Positions 1 to 10,998 of a stretch of DNA of 64,000 nt are shown here, piece by piece. This DNA comes from Candidatus Bathyarchaeota archaeon (GTDB taxonomy: Archaea; Thermoproteota; Bathyarchaeia; Bathyarchaeales; Bathycorpusculaceae): assembly GCA_963811105.1 (NCBI GenBank), contig CAWEPZ010000002.1, forward strand, positions 64,001 to 128,000. The letters are read 5' to 3'. Made by a program: the position numbers and the translations under genes. Position 1 is the first letter of the stretch. The number at the start of each line of letters is the position of its first letter. A model generated the notes under the pieces. The model had not been told where the DNA came from. It saw only the letters and a program-made list of their open reading frames with translations, and searched no databases.

Positions 1-103
1 TATCTTTCTCCGGCATGGATATCAGGCTATTGCTCTCTTGGACAGGTTAAACATTATGAGCTTTGCTAAAGGTTCAACATACAATTAAACAGTTGAAAAG
101 GGC

Positions 104-718
104 TTACAGGACTTTTCTTAGTGATTCCATGTTGAAAACCGTGCTTGCACAACCATTTTTTATCAGCGGTATCGCCTGTCCAGTCACGTTCATGCCGTTG
201 AGAAGCGGTCCCATGATTTTCATTTCTTCACCACATGCAACCCCAACAATCCCCTCGTAATGGCGCAATTTGAGAATTTTGGGTATACATGAGCCTCCAG
301 GCAAAAGGTAAACATCATAACCCTTTTTCTTAGCAAACTGTTCTGCTTTGTTTACTAAGCATTCTGGCGAGCAATGTGCACAAGTGTAAGAAGGGATGTT
401 TGCGTCAAATTGAGCTTTGCATCGACTATCCATGTATTTGCGTGAGCAGTGTGGAAGGAAAATAGCCCTTTTTTTTGTCTGCAAAAATTTGTTTCTCTCA
501 ATCATGTTTATTGCCTGCAAATCAATTAAGTCCTTAAGCAAAACTACTGCGTCGGCAAGGTTTAGTCCTGTGGCTTCTTGTATTTTGAATCTTAAAATAA
601 GTTCATATAACTTGTTAAGTACGGCTTTATGCATGCCCTTCTGATAACTTACCTTGGCAATTTCAGTGAAGAAGAAGCGCGGAACCTTAGAGAGGTCGAA
701 CGTAAATCTGTAGGGCAT
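104..718 (-). CDS. DUF116 family protein
   Basis: Family-like Cys motifs FLPHCSR, C..CS.EC, PGGS, GVAC..E and PL...GC..T. Confidence 0.7.
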   Translation of the reverse strand: MPYRFTFDLSKVPRFFFTEIAKVSYQKGMHKAVLNKLYELILRFKIQEATGLNLADAVVLLKDLIDLQAINMIERNKFLQTKKRAIFLPHCSRKYMDSRCKAQFDANIPSYTCAHCSPECLVNKAEQFAKKKGYDVYLLPGGSCIPKILKLRHYEGIVGVACGEEMKIMGPLLNGMNVTGQAIPLIKNGCASTVFNMESLRKVL

Positions 719-762
719 AGAATAGCATAGCTATCAGGCTGCTTAAAAAAATAACTGTGTCT

Positions 763-991
763 TTACGAGAAATTAACCTGGTTATTCTTTTTCACATTCA
801 AAGCTAATGTGTCTTTGATCAAATTAAGCTCTTCACGCCAGTTGTTTTACATCATTTTCAAGCTTGCTAGCTCGTAGCTCAGCATTTTTTGACAGATTAT
901 CTGAATCCGGTTTAAGCTCCAATTGTAACTCCAAGTTTACAAATTAACTCATCAATTTTGTCGCTTCTGAACTTGTAATGGGTTTAGTCAT
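763..991 (-). pseudogene. Possible decayed small coiled-coil gene
   Basis: ATG at 991 gives MTKPITSSEATKLMS*FVNLELQ...SKLENDVKQL, then REELNLIKDTL...FS* in another frame; one stop and one frameshift; no family recognised. Confidence 0.25.
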
Positions 992-1030
992 GGCCCAAAG
1001 CCTATTTCAAAAAGGAAAAAAATGGTTTGA

Positions 1031-1996
1031 TTATATGCTGATTTGGAACATTAACCGTTCAACAAGTTCTTTGTACCTGTTCCGAATAGTAACCTCAGTA
1101 ACTTGCGCAATCTCTGCAATTTCTCTTTGTGTTTTTCGTTCGCCCGTTAGCACTGACGCTACGTAACTTGCTGCTGCTGCGATTCCAGTTGGTCCTCTGC
1201 CTGATGTAAGCTTAAGCTCTTTTGCTGCTGCTAAGATTTTGTGGGCGATTTCTTCCACTTTACCCTGCATTGTCAGTTGATTAGAAAACTTTGTTATATA
1301 TTGGCTTGGTTTAAGCGGTGGAATTGAATAGTTTAGTTCTCTAATTAGAAAACGGTAGCTTCTGCCAACTTCTTTCTTGTTTACAGTTGATGACTGAGCG
1401 ATTTCATCTAAAGTCCGTGGTAACCCACATTGTCTGCATGCCAAGTAAATTGCCGCGGAAGTAACACCCTGAATTGACCTACCTCTGATTAAACGTTCTT
1501 TTACTGCTTTTCGATAAATTACAGATGCTGTTTCAAGAATGCTCTTTGGTAGGTTTAAGTTATTTGAAATCTTTGTGATTTCAGATAGTGCAAATGCCAA
1601 GTTGCGTTCCGTGGCGTCCGAAACTCTGATCCGTCTTTGCCATTTCCTGAGACGATAAACTTGCGCTTTCTGGCCAGGCGAGAGGCTTTTGCCATAAATG
1701 TCTCGGTCGTGCCAGTCAATGGTTGTTGACAAGCCTTTATCATGGATTGTGTATGTTAAAGGGGCTCCAACTCTGGTTCTTTTTGACCTTTGCTCATCAT
1801 CGAAAGCTCGCCATTCTGGTCCCCTGTCAGCTATTTTAGCGGCTACTACCACACCACAGTCCATACATACTATTTCAGCACATTCGTAATCGCGCATAAG
1901 TCGGGTGCTGCCACATTCAGGGCATGATTGTATTTTTGCGGGTTCAGTTTTTGTGGATTGATCTATTTCTTCATGTAACTTGCTATCTCTGCTCAT
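1031..1996 (-). CDS. tfb: Transcription initiation factor IIB (TFB)
   Basis: Zn ribbon CPECGS..CMDCG, B-reader GPEWRAF, two cyclin repeats, C-terminal [13 protein letters not shown]. Confidence 0.97.
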   Translation of the reverse strand: MSRDSKLHEEIDQSTKTEPAKIQSCPECGSTRLMRDYECAEIVCMDCGVVVAAKIADRGPEWRAFDDEQRSKRTRVGAPLTYTIHDKGLSTTIDWHDRDIYGKSLSPGQKAQVYRLRKWQRRIRVSDATERNLAFALSEITKISNNLNLPKSILETASVIYRKAVKERLIRGRSIQGVTSAAIYLACRQCGLPRTLDEIAQSSTVNKKEVGRSYRFLIRELNYSIPPLKPSQYITKFSNQLTMQGKVEEIAHKILAAAKELKLTSGRGPTGIAAAASYVASVLTGERKTQREIAEIAQVTEVTIRNRYKELVERLMFQISI

Positions 1997-2272
1997 CTAT
2001 TTCTTGCTCCATTTCGTTTTCGAGAGAAGCAAGTATACCGGTTTATTCAATATTTTAGCGGGTTCCCTCACGGTTGGCCTAACCACTGCATAAGGAGCCG
2101 AGACTGGACCAATAATGTCAAAAACTTTGCCGACTACATTTAAGTTCTCATCAATAACTTCAGAGCCAATTCTAGGTGCCTTATCAGTTTTAACAATCAT
2201 GTTTTTAGATGGAGTTAACGCCCGCACTCTGCCCAATTTCTGCAAACGCCCATTCCCCCTCTCGAAAAACAT
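1997..2272 (-). CDS. gar1: H/ACA RNP protein Gar1/Naf1 family
   Basis: VGKVFDIIGPVSAPY motif; directly upstream of tfb as in many archaea; true start probably TTG at 2245. Confidence 0.88.
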   Translation of the reverse strand: MFFERGNGRLQKLGRVRALTPSKNMIVKTDKAPRIGSEVIDENLNVVGKVFDIIGPVSAPYAVVRPTVREPAKILNKPVYLLLSKTKWSKK

Positions 2273-2408
2273 GTTAGGAGTCCGTAAGAGCTTATTTAAA
2301 GCTTTCTAAGGCCTTTAAAAGCCCATAGCTTAATCTGACATTCTAGAGTCGAAAGATTCTTAAATAGGAAGTGTGGATAAGACTGTGCCTTAAAAGGGTG
2401 AGGCTAAT

Positions 2409-2789
2409 ATGTCTAAACCATTCTATGTAAAATATGAAGTACCGAAAGAAATCGTAGATGCAGCCTATGAAGCCCTAACGATTGCTTCTAAATCAGGAGT
2501 AGTTAGGAAAGGAACAAACGAAGCAACAAAAGCTGTTGAACGATCACAAGCAAAACTTGTTGTAATAGCAGAAGATGTTGATCCACCAGAAGTAGTAGCG
2601 CATTTACCGCTTCTCTGTGAAGAAAGAAAAATTCCGTACGTATTCGTTCCAAGCAAAGACAAAATCGGGACCTCAATAGGCATCGACGTTCCTTGCGCTG
2701 CAGCATGCATCCTCCGAGAAGGAGACGCCGCAGGATTAATCAAAGAAATAGTCACACGCATCGATCAGGTTAAACGAGGATCTCAGTAA
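2409..2789 (+). CDS. rpl7ae: 50S ribosomal protein L7Ae
   Basis: [32 protein letters not shown]; preceded by SD-like GGGTGA. Confidence 0.97.
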   Translation: MSKPFYVKYEVPKEIVDAAYEALTIASKSGVVRKGTNEATKAVERSQAKLVVIAEDVDPPEVVAHLPLLCEERKIPYVFVPSKDKIGTSIGIDVPCAAACILREGDAAGLIKEIVTRIDQVKRGSQ

Positions 2790-3007
2790 TGAGCAAAGAA
2801 GCAGCTGAAGAACTTATTCCGTCAGAAGTTATTCAAATCATAGGTCGCACGGGCGTCACTGGCGAAATCACGCAGGTTAGAGTGCGCATCATGGAAGGCA
2901 AAGATAAAGGCAGAATCATAACAAGAAACGTTAAAGGGCCGGTTCGAGTTCAAGATATTCTGATGCTGCGAGAAACAGAAAGAGAAGCAAAGAAAATCAC
3001 AAGATAG
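2789..3007 (+). CDS. rps28e: 30S ribosomal protein S28e
   Basis: [33 protein letters not shown]. Confidence 0.97.
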   Translation: MSKEAAEELIPSEVIQIIGRTGVTGEITQVRVRIMEGKDKGRIITRNVKGPVRVQDILMLRETEREAKKITR

Positions 3008-3025
3008 ACTTTGGAGATATCTTTC

Positions 3026-3223
3026 ATGCCAAAAAACCGTAAATGTTCGTTCTGTGGTACTGATTTCCCAGCTGGCACAGGCATGATGTTCGTTAAAAAC
3101 GACGGTTCAATTCTATGGTTCGATTCTGGTAAATGCAAGAAAAGTTCATTGCAATTCAAACGAGATGCACGCAAACTAAAGTGGACCAAGTACTTTGGTA
3201 AAGAAGAGAAAGGTAAAGGGTAA
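3026..3223 (+). CDS. rpl24e: 50S ribosomal protein L24e
   Basis: CSFCG...GTGMMFVKNDG...RKLKWT; ATG at 3026 after GGAG; conserved L7Ae-S28e-L24e order. Confidence 0.95.
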   Translation: MPKNRKCSFCGTDFPAGTGMMFVKNDGSILWFDSGKCKKSSLQFKRDARKLKWTKYFGKEEKGKG

Positions 3224-3248
3224 CACAAAGTCCTTCTCAACTCAACCC

Positions 3249-3281
3249 ATTTTTTCCTGTTCTATTTTCTATTCTAGTTTT
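3249..3281 (+). terminator. Oligo-T archaeal terminator after the ribosomal protein operon
   Basis: T-rich tracts directly after the rpl24e stop. Confidence 0.45.
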
Positions 3282-3331
3282 TACTGAAAGCTTATCTTTC
3301 GCTGATTTTATCTTCAGGTTCAGGTGACAAC

Positions 3332-3640
3332 TTGCCCCTTTTCCGAACAAAAAAAGAAGCATTCGAATGGCTATGTAGCGGCAAAAAAACAATTGATGTC
3401 CGAAAAGGAATCCCTCTTCATGGAAAAGTTGCAGTTTACTTGTCTGGTCGAAATGTTCTAAGACTAAAAATCATCAAGACAGAAACTGGGATGTTGAGAG
3501 AAGTGGTACGCATGGATAATTTCAGAATGGTTATTCCATCTGCGGTGGCTCTTGATGATGCTTTTTCTTATTTGCTTGGGCTTTATGATGGTTATGATGG
3601 TGTCTTTACTGCTTATCATATTGTGACGATAGAAGCTTGA
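3332..3640 (+). CDS. ASCH/PUA-like domain protein
   Basis: F.W..SGKKTIDVR signature; C-terminal ..LY....GV pattern. Confidence 0.7.
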   Translation: MPLFRTKKEAFEWLCSGKKTIDVRKGIPLHGKVAVYLSGRNVLRLKIIKTETGMLREVVRMDNFRMVIPSAVALDDAFSYLLGLYDGYDGVFTAYHIVTIEA

Positions 3641-3802
3641 GTTTGGATTTTTCGAGTTTCTTTTACGAAAAGACTTAGTTCTTTGCATGAAAGCTTATGG
3701 TTGAATAAGTATTAGAATTCGTTTTTAGTAAAAATACTAATGAAAACGTAATACTTAAATATGGTATTTGTGATTGTTCATCACCCAAACGAGGAATTGA
3801 AA

Positions 3803-4840
3803 ATGTCAATATTTAGCGGATGTTACACTGCACTAATTACCCCCATGAATCGTAATCGTCAAGTCGACTACGAAGGTTTACGGCAATTGATAGATTTCCA
3901 AATAAAAGCAGGCGCAAAAGGCATTCTTGCGGTCGGTACAACAGGCGAAAGCCCTACCTTAGATTGGCATGAACACAACAGTGTAATAGAAAAAACACAC
4001 GAATATGCAGGTAGAAAGGTGTTAACTATAGCTGGAACAGGGAGCAACTCAACTCAAGAAGCAATTGAAGGCACTGAACATGCCCAGAGCTTGGGCGTAG
4101 ATTGCGTTCTGCTTGTTGACCCATATTACAATGGACCAAGCTCTATGGAGATACGTAGAGAGTACATTGAGCCAATCGCAAGCCAATTCCCTGATGTCCA
4201 AGTAATACCATATATTATTCCAGGCAGAACAGGAACTCAACTTTACCCACAAGACCTTGCGGTTCTGCATCATCAATACACAAACGTTCGCTGTGTCAAG
4301 GAAGCTACGGGCGATTTGAAAAATATGGAGCTTACTAGACAGCTTTGTGGAAAAGACTTTGATATTCTTTCAGGAGACGATGACAAGACTTACACAATGA
4401 TGACTTCGCCCGACATCGAAGCAAGCGGTGTCATCTCAGTCGTTTCCAATGTCGCTCCCAATGCAATTGTCGATATGGTACACTACCTGCTGGATGGAAA
4501 CGACGAAGCCGCCAGCGTTATCGCCCAAGCCCTTCAACCGCTATTTAGCTTGGTTACAGTGAAAACTCAAGAGCAAACACCTTATGGGCCAGTTGTCTGC
4601 AAAGCCAGAAATCCTCTAGCTTACAAAACCCTGATGAATGTGCTCGGCATGCCATCTGGACCATGTAGACAACCTTTAGGAAAAATGACGCGCGCTGGTT
4701 TAGAATTAGTCCTCACAAATGTACAGAAAGTCTACGAAGCCAATCCACAAGTTCTGCAGCCCATCGCCGACTACTTCAATGTAGATCTAAAAGACCGATT
4801 ATACAACAAAAAGTACCTAGAAGGCCTATACTATGCTTAA
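3803..4840 (+). CDS. dapA: 4-hydroxy-tetrahydrodipicolinate synthase
   Basis: GTTGESPTL, AGTGSNST, PYYN, Schiff-base KEATG, SGDD; ATG at 3803 after GAGG. Confidence 0.93.
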   Translation: MSIFSGCYTALITPMNRNRQVDYEGLRQLIDFQIKAGAKGILAVGTTGESPTLDWHEHNSVIEKTHEYAGRKVLTIAGTGSNSTQEAIEGTEHAQSLGVDCVLLVDPYYNGPSSMEIRREYIEPIASQFPDVQVIPYIIPGRTGTQLYPQDLAVLHHQYTNVRCVKEATGDLKNMELTRQLCGKDFDILSGDDDKTYTMMTSPDIEASGVISVVSNVAPNAIVDMVHYLLDGNDEAASVIAQALQPLFSLVTVKTQEQTPYGPVVCKARNPLAYKTLMNVLGMPSGPCRQPLGKMTRAGLELVLTNVQKVYEANPQVLQPIADYFNVDLKDRLYNKKYLEGLYYA

Positions 4841-5627
4841 GCTATGTGTAGCAGGCGCTGCGGGCAGAATGGGAAACGCAATCATAACTGAAGCAATCTC
4901 AAGAGGGCATCAGATAGTTGGTGCAATAGAAGCTCCAAACAATCCCTCTATCGGCAAAACCCTGCAGGAACTAGGTATAACGAATTCCGACACTCCAATC
5001 CTGAGCTCCGACAAATTGGGTGAAGCCATCAGAGACGCCGACACCTACATTAGTTTCACAATGCCCATTGCAGAAGTAATCAACATACCCGTAGCGGCAA
5101 AGGCAGGAAAACGTATAATTCTCGGCACCACAGGCTTCACAGCAGAGCAAAACCGACAAGTTATAGCTGCAATGATCGACAGAGTTCCAGCAGTGTTCTC
5201 ACCAAACTACTCTCTCGGTATCAACATACTCTTCAAGGTAGCTGAAGCATTGAAAGCTTTCCCATCAGGATATGATTTCAGCATAAACGAAATTCATCAC
5301 ACTGGCAAGAAGGATGCTCCAAGCGGCACAGCAAAAAAACTTGGAGAAATTATCGCTGACGCACGCGGCTACACGAAAGTTGTATATGGACGAGAAGGCA
5401 TAAGCCCACGCCAAGCAGAAGAACTTGAAATCACATCGTTGCGCGCCGGCGGGGTTCCGGGCATTCATGACTTAATCGTTGCAGGACCATACGAAATGTT
5501 GCGTATCGAGCATACTGCGTTCTCACGTGATGTCTTTGCACAAGGAGCTGTTTATGCCGCTGAATGGTTAAGCAAGCAAAATGAAACTAAAGTATTTACT
5601 ATGGCTGACGTGTTGGGTTTATCTTAA
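4833..5627 (+). CDS. dapB: 4-hydroxy-tetrahydrodipicolinate reductase
   Basis: GAAGRMG, GTTG, EIHHTGKKDAPSGTA, FAQGA. Confidence 0.95.
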   Translation: MLKLCVAGAAGRMGNAIITEAISRGHQIVGAIEAPNNPSIGKTLQELGITNSDTPILSSDKLGEAIRDADTYISFTMPIAEVINIPVAAKAGKRIILGTTGFTAEQNRQVIAAMIDRVPAVFSPNYSLGINILFKVAEALKAFPSGYDFSINEIHHTGKKDAPSGTAKKLGEIIADARGYTKVVYGREGISPRQAEELEITSLRAGGVPGIHDLIVAGPYEMLRIEHTAFSRDVFAQGAVYAAEWLSKQNETKVFTMADVLGLS

Positions 5628-5699
5628 AGGCGTAAATAAACCATTAGCTTTTTTTATCAGGGAGAACCAACTCAAAGGAGCAAAGGGAAGAATAAACAA

Positions 5700-6758
5700 A
5701 TGTCAATGAAGCGAAAAGTAGCAATACTAGGCGCAACCGGTGCCGTTGGACAACGGTACATTCAACTCTTGCAGAAGCACCCGTGGTTTCAAATTGAGGT
5801 GCTTGCTGCTTCAGAGCGGTCAGCAGGCAAAAAATATGGAGATGCTTGCAATTGGGTTATGGAGTCAAACCTGCCAAAGGAAATTGCAGAAATGCCCGTG
5901 GTTAACGCTGATGTTGAGTCTGTAGAAAAGGCGGGCGAGGTTGATTTAGTGTTTTCTTCGTTGCCTGGAGACTTGGCTGGTCCCGTTGAGTCCGAATTTG
6001 CTGCGCTGTATCCAGTGTTTAGTAAAGCTAGTGCTCACAGAATGGAAAAAGACGTTCCATTAATCATTCCAGAAATCAACCCTGACCACGCAGATTTGAT
6101 AAAAATTCAGCAGGAGCTGCGGGGTTGGAAAGGCTTTATTACGACAGATCCTAACTGCAGCACGATTCAGCTCGCGATTACGCTCAAGCCACTGATGCAA
6201 TTTGGCCTCAGGCAAATTATTGTTTCAACAATGCAAGCGCTCAGCGGAGCAGGATATCCTGGTGTAGCATCTTTGGACATAATTGACAATGTAGTTCCCT
6301 TCATTTCGGGTGAAGAAGAGAAAATGGAAGCAGAAGCCCTGAAGATACTAGGTGATTTTGATGGCAAAGCAATTCGGAATGCTGATTTTCAGCTTAGCGC
6401 AAGCTGTAGCAGAGTTCACGTGAAGGATGGGCATTTAGAATCAGTGTTCATAAAGCTCGCAAAGACCCCGTCGATACAAGAAATAGAGGCAGCCTTTGCC
6501 AACTTTGCGGGAGAACCTCAAAAGCTCAAGTTGCCTTCCGCGCCAAGGCAAACAATTGTTATTCGACATGAGAAGAACAGGCCTCAACCTCGCTTTGACC
6601 GCGAAACAGGATGTGGAATGAGTGTTGTGGTCGGTAGAATACGTAAGGATCCAATTATGACTTTCAAGTACATTTGTCTTGGACATAATACTGTTCGAGG
6701 CGGAGCTGGCGCAGGGATTCTGAGCGCGGAATTGTTTGTAGCCAAAGGTTTAGCTTAA
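5700..6758 (+). CDS. asd: Aspartate-semialdehyde dehydrogenase (archaeal/fungal type)
   Basis: [13 protein letters not shown] catalytic Cys, [17 protein letters not shown]. Confidence 0.95.
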   Translation: MSMKRKVAILGATGAVGQRYIQLLQKHPWFQIEVLAASERSAGKKYGDACNWVMESNLPKEIAEMPVVNADVESVEKAGEVDLVFSSLPGDLAGPVESEFAALYPVFSKASAHRMEKDVPLIIPEINPDHADLIKIQQELRGWKGFITTDPNCSTIQLAITLKPLMQFGLRQIIVSTMQALSGAGYPGVASLDIIDNVVPFISGEEEKMEAEALKILGDFDGKAIRNADFQLSASCSRVHVKDGHLESVFIKLAKTPSIQEIEAAFANFAGEPQKLKLPSAPRQTIVIRHEKNRPQPRFDRETGCGMSVVVGRIRKDPIMTFKYICLGHNTVRGGAGAGILSAELFVAKGLA

Positions 6759-6803
6759 GCTAATTACTTACAACGGTACTGTATGAAGTGGGTGTAAGCG
6801 GGG

Positions 6804-8090
6804 ATGGTTAAGATGAGAAAGCTTCGTGAACCCTTAGAAGACCGAAAGGGCAGCTTGTTCTTTGATGGTGTTTCAGCTAAAGAGTTGGCGCAACAGCATG
6901 ATACTCCTTTGTACGTTGTGAGCGAGAAACGCATCCTTGATAATTATAACCGCATTCATGATGCTTTAATTCGGAATTACAAGTATGTAAGAGTTTATTA
7001 TGCTGCGAAAGCAAACTCGAACTTAACTGTGCTGAAGATTCTCCAGTCGCAGGGGGCATACTTAGACACTGTCAGTCCAGGCGAGGTGTTCATGGGGTTA
7101 GTCAGTGGATACACACCTGACCGCCTGATGTTCACGGGTACGAGCGTCAGAAATGACGAGTTAAAATTCCTTGCCGACGCAAATGTGACGATAAATATTG
7201 ATTCCCAATCAGAACTTGATAGGCTTCTTAAGATTGCTGTGCCACCTGTTTTGTCGGTTCGAGTTAATCCGGAAATTGGTGCAGGCCATCACAGTCACTG
7301 CATTACGGCTGGTCCAGAATCAAAGTTTGGACTTTGGGAAGAAGAGACAATTCAGGCTTATGCGATTGCTAAGAGGGCCCGTGTGGAACGCTTTGGTATA
7401 CACATGCATATTGGCTCAGGCATCCTTGAGGTTGAACCCTTCGTGCTGGCTGTGGAGAAGCTTCTCAGCATCGCCAAGCGGGTTCATGATGAGGTAGGAA
7501 TAGACTTTGAATTCATAGATATAGGCGGCGGGTTTGGTGTTCCTTACAAGCCTGAGGAAAAAGATTTTGATTTGTCGGAGTTTGCGAGCAGAGTGGTTGC
7601 ACCTTTCAAAGCAAAGATTGCTGAGTATGGTTTGGGCAAGCCATTTCTTTGTATTGAACCAGGTAGGTATTTGGTTTGTGATGCAAGTATTCTCTTAACA
7701 GCCGTTAACACCGTTAAGATTACTCCTGCAAAGAAATTTGTGGGTGTGGATGCGGGTTTCAACACTCTGATAAGGCCAACAATGTATGGGTCATATCATC
7801 CTATGATAGTTGCCAACAAGCTTGAAGTGGCAGAGAAGGAAACCTATGATGTGGTAGGCCCAATTTGTGAGTCAGGCGACGTTTTAGCTAAAGATCGTGA
7901 ATTGCCAATTATTGAAGAAGGGGATTTGTTAGCAGTTTTGAACGCTGGTGCATATGGTTTTAGTATGAGTTCACAATACAATGCACGGCCTCGAGCGGCG
8001 GAAGTTATGATTAGGCAAGGCAAGTCGATCATCATTAGAGCGCGAGAGCAGCTTGATAATTTAACGGCGAATCAGCAGGCGGCAGAGTGA
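6804..8090 (+). CDS. lysA: Diaminopimelate decarboxylase
   Basis: YAAKAN PLP lysine, HMHIGS, EPGR, GPICESGD, GAYG. Confidence 0.95.
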   Translation: MVKMRKLREPLEDRKGSLFFDGVSAKELAQQHDTPLYVVSEKRILDNYNRIHDALIRNYKYVRVYYAAKANSNLTVLKILQSQGAYLDTVSPGEVFMGLVSGYTPDRLMFTGTSVRNDELKFLADANVTINIDSQSELDRLLKIAVPPVLSVRVNPEIGAGHHSHCITAGPESKFGLWEEETIQAYAIAKRARVERFGIHMHIGSGILEVEPFVLAVEKLLSIAKRVHDEVGIDFEFIDIGGGFGVPYKPEEKDFDLSEFASRVVAPFKAKIAEYGLGKPFLCIEPGRYLVCDASILLTAVNTVKITPAKKFVGVDAGFNTLIRPTMYGSYHPMIVANKLEVAEKETYDVVGPICESGDVLAKDRELPIIEEGDLLAVLNAGAYGFSMSSQYNARPRAAEVMIRQGKSIIIRAREQLDNLTANQQAAE

Positions 8091-8929
8091 TTTTGGTGCG
8101 TTTCTGGAAGATGCATGGGCTTGGTAATGACTATATTGTAATTGACAACAGAGCCGAAAAAATCAGCGGAAAAAAAGCTGCAGATTTGGCTAAGAAACTT
8201 TGTGAAAGACGGTTGTCGGTTGGAGCGGACGGGCTTTTGCTGGTTTCGTACTCGAAAGTAGCAGTTGTCAAGATGAGGATTTTTAACTCAGACGGTAGCG
8301 AAGCTGAAATGTGCGGTAACGGCATACGTTGCTTTGCTAAGTATTGTTATGAAAATGGCATTGTGGTCAAGCCAGAGTTCACAGTTGAGACCTTGTCAGG
8401 AATAAGGCATATCTGGTTGACTATAAAGGACAAAGATGTAATAGCTGTTAAGGTGGATATGGGCACGCCAAACTGGCAGAAAAGCTCACTACCAATGACT
8501 GGGGAGGGTATATGCCTCAACCAGGACTTAGAAGTTGACGGAGAAACCTTTAAGGTAACATGTCTTTCGATGGGCAACCCTCACTGCGTACTCTTTGTTG
8601 ACTGTATTGAATGTTTTCCGGTTGAAGAACTCGGTTCAAAAATTGAAAATCACAAAGCCTTTCCAAATCGAACTAATGTGGGATTTGTTGAGGTACTAAA
8701 CGAAAGTGAGTTGAATGTTCGCGTTTGGGAGAGGGGCTGCGGCGAAACTCTTGCTTGCGGAACAGGAACCTGCGCTGCCGTGGCTGCTGCAAACAAACTT
8801 GGAAAAGTTGGAAACAACGTAACTGTTCACGTGTTGGGGGGAGATTTGAAGGTTGAAGTTGCTGAAAGTTTGTTTTTAAGCGGTGCAGCGGAAAAAGTTT
8901 TTGAAGGAACGTTGTTCGGAGAGATATAG
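8087..8929 (+). CDS. dapF: Diaminopimelate epimerase
   Basis: KMHGLGND, EMCGNG, GNPH, ERGCGETLACGTG. Confidence 0.96.
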   Translation: MILVRFWKMHGLGNDYIVIDNRAEKISGKKAADLAKKLCERRLSVGADGLLLVSYSKVAVVKMRIFNSDGSEAEMCGNGIRCFAKYCYENGIVVKPEFTVETLSGIRHIWLTIKDKDVIAVKVDMGTPNWQKSSLPMTGEGICLNQDLEVDGETFKVTCLSMGNPHCVLFVDCIECFPVEELGSKIENHKAFPNRTNVGFVEVLNESELNVRVWERGCGETLACGTGTCAAVAAANKLGKVGNNVTVHVLGGDLKVEVAESLFLSGAAEKVFEGTLFGEI

Positions 8930-8931
8930 CT

Positions 8932-10092
8932 TTGATGTTTGAATACGCTGACAGAATTAATCGGTTGCCCCCGTACTTGTTTGCTGAGATTGAACGGAAA
9001 ATAAAGGAAAAAAAGGCTCAAGGCGTCGATTTAATTTCTCTTAGCGTCGGTGACCCTGACCTTCCGCCGCCAACATTTATCACTGAAGCGTTAAAAGAGG
9101 AAGCAGCTAACCCTGAGAATCATAATTACTCGTTTAGCCAAGGTGAACCTGACTTTCGAGTTGCAGTTGCAGGATGGTGCAAGAACCGATTCAATGTTGA
9201 CTTGCAGCAGGATCAAGTGGTTGCACTTTTAGGTTCCAAAGAGGGTATAGCAAACATCGCGCGGGCTTTCATAAATCCAGGTGACCGTGTGCTTGTGCCT
9301 GACCCAGCTTACCCTGTGTACGCTAATGGCAGCACCATCCTTTGCGATGGGATCTCGGTGCCGCTACCACTTCTTGAGAAAAACGAATTCAGACCCGATT
9401 TTGACTCAATAAAGTCTGAGGGCGTTAAGATGATGTTTCTTAATTACCCCAATAACCCAACCGCTGCAACAATTGATAAAAAGTTTCTCAAAGAAACTGT
9501 AGAATTCGCTAAGGACAACAACATCATCCTCTGCTACGACAACGCATATTCAGAAGTCACCTTCGACCGCTATCGAGCACCTAGCATCTTGGAGATTGAG
9601 GGCGCTATGGATGTCGTTGTAGAATTTCATTCGCTTTCGAAAACCTTCAACATGACAGGCGACCGAATAGCCTTCGCCGTAGGAAATAAGCAACTTGTAG
9701 CTGGGTTAACGAAAGTGAAGTCACAAATCGATTCAGGACCACCAGTTTACACTCAAAAAGTCGCCGTTAAAGCCTTAGGTGCCTATACAAGCCGCGAAGT
9801 TCCAGAGTTCCTAAAGAAAAACAACCAAATCCTGCAAGAACGTCGTGATCTTCTTGTTGACATGCTCTGTAAAATTGGCTTCAAGTGTGACAAGCCTAAA
9901 GCTACGTTTTATGTATGGGTACGTTGCAAAGGCGATTCAATGGATTTCTCCACAAAACTGCTTGATGCTGGGGTAGCTGTGACGCCGGGCGTTGGCTTTG
10001 GCAAGTATGGTGAGGGTTTTGTCAGGATGACGTTTACGCAGCCAAAAGAACGCATTATTGAGGCCTGCAATAGAATAGCCCGAGCTTTCTAA
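8932..10092 (+). CDS. dapL: LL-diaminopimelate aminotransferase (class I PLP)
   Basis: LPPYLFAEI, GSKEG, NYPNNPT, SLSKTFNMTG.R; last gene of a dap operon that has no dapD/dapE. Confidence 0.85.
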   Translation: MMFEYADRINRLPPYLFAEIERKIKEKKAQGVDLISLSVGDPDLPPPTFITEALKEEAANPENHNYSFSQGEPDFRVAVAGWCKNRFNVDLQQDQVVALLGSKEGIANIARAFINPGDRVLVPDPAYPVYANGSTILCDGISVPLPLLEKNEFRPDFDSIKSEGVKMMFLNYPNNPTAATIDKKFLKETVEFAKDNNIILCYDNAYSEVTFDRYRAPSILEIEGAMDVVVEFHSLSKTFNMTGDRIAFAVGNKQLVAGLTKVKSQIDSGPPVYTQKVAVKALGAYTSREVPEFLKKNNQILQERRDLLVDMLCKIGFKCDKPKATFYVWVRCKGDSMDFSTKLLDAGVAVTPGVGFGKYGEGFVRMTFTQPKERIIEACNRIARAF

Positions 10093-10154
10093 TCCTATTT
10101 TTGTATTAAAGAGGTTTTTAGGTACCGCTGTACTTCTATGGTGGCAGTTTTCTC

Positions 10155-10981
10155 TCAAAGTTTTAGGGTTTGTTCTATATCAGACTTAGACCCAACACCA
10201 GGCACCGAAGCAACAATCTCAACATCCCGCTCATTAGCAACGACTTCATCCTGCACACTGACAAACGACCCCATCCTAGCTTCAATATCATGAATTCTTT
10301 CGTTCAAATGATTAACCGTATCCGTCAACTCTTTGAGCACAAAAATATCCTCTTCACTCAGAGCACCTCTAGCACAGCTTTGATCTCATCGCTTCTGTTC
10401 TTAAGCCAAGTATTCTGAGTCTGCTCCAAAACATCCTCAACTGTCTTACCTACCATTAAGCCTTCAAGGATTTCCTTTCCAGCTTTACCGAAAACATCCT
10501 TAAGCCTTGAACCAAGCCTGATGTTCACCCTGTTTAGAACTTTATGACAACGGTTCTTAAACGCCGTCCTTGTTTGCACAAATTTAGCCCTCATCCTAGT
10601 CAACTCACGCAGTTCCCGAACGCGCCTCTCAGGAACATAACTGGGCTTTATTTGTCCACCCAAAAGCAAATGTGCAAGCCACTCAGAGCTGGATTGATCT
10701 GTTTTACGACCCGGAATAGCTTTTACCTGATGCGCATTAGCCAAAGAAACCTCAAATTTCGACTCTTCCAGGGCCAAATATAGAGGAACCCAGTAAACGC
10801 TGGTTGACTCCATAACTGCCTGGTTGCATTCAGACGCTTTGAGCCATCCCTTAAAGGTGTCTATGCCCTCTTCGTCGTTCACAAAGTGTTTAGTTTCTTT
10901 TGATTTATCGTCGGTAAGAACGGTTGCTACTAGCAAATCGCGATGTACATCTACACCGCAAGCTTTCTTAGATTTACTAAT
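10155..10981 (-). pseudogene. IS110 family transposase, frameshifted and C-terminally truncated
   Basis: DEDD RuvC-like N-terminus CGVDVHRD, MESTSVYW, KAIPGRKTD, LRELTRMR; frameshift near 10365 (continues LSEEDIFVLKE...SVPGVG); C-terminal domain absent; in-frame ATT at 10981 six nt after GGAGGTGA. Confidence 0.9.
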
Positions 10982-10998
10982 TTTCGTTCACCTCCATT

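Noticed and set aside
2360-2408. Possible L7Ae autoregulatory k-turn in the rpl7ae leader
   Set aside because: Only a short GCCT/AGGC stem; tandem G-A pairs of a k-turn could not be placed
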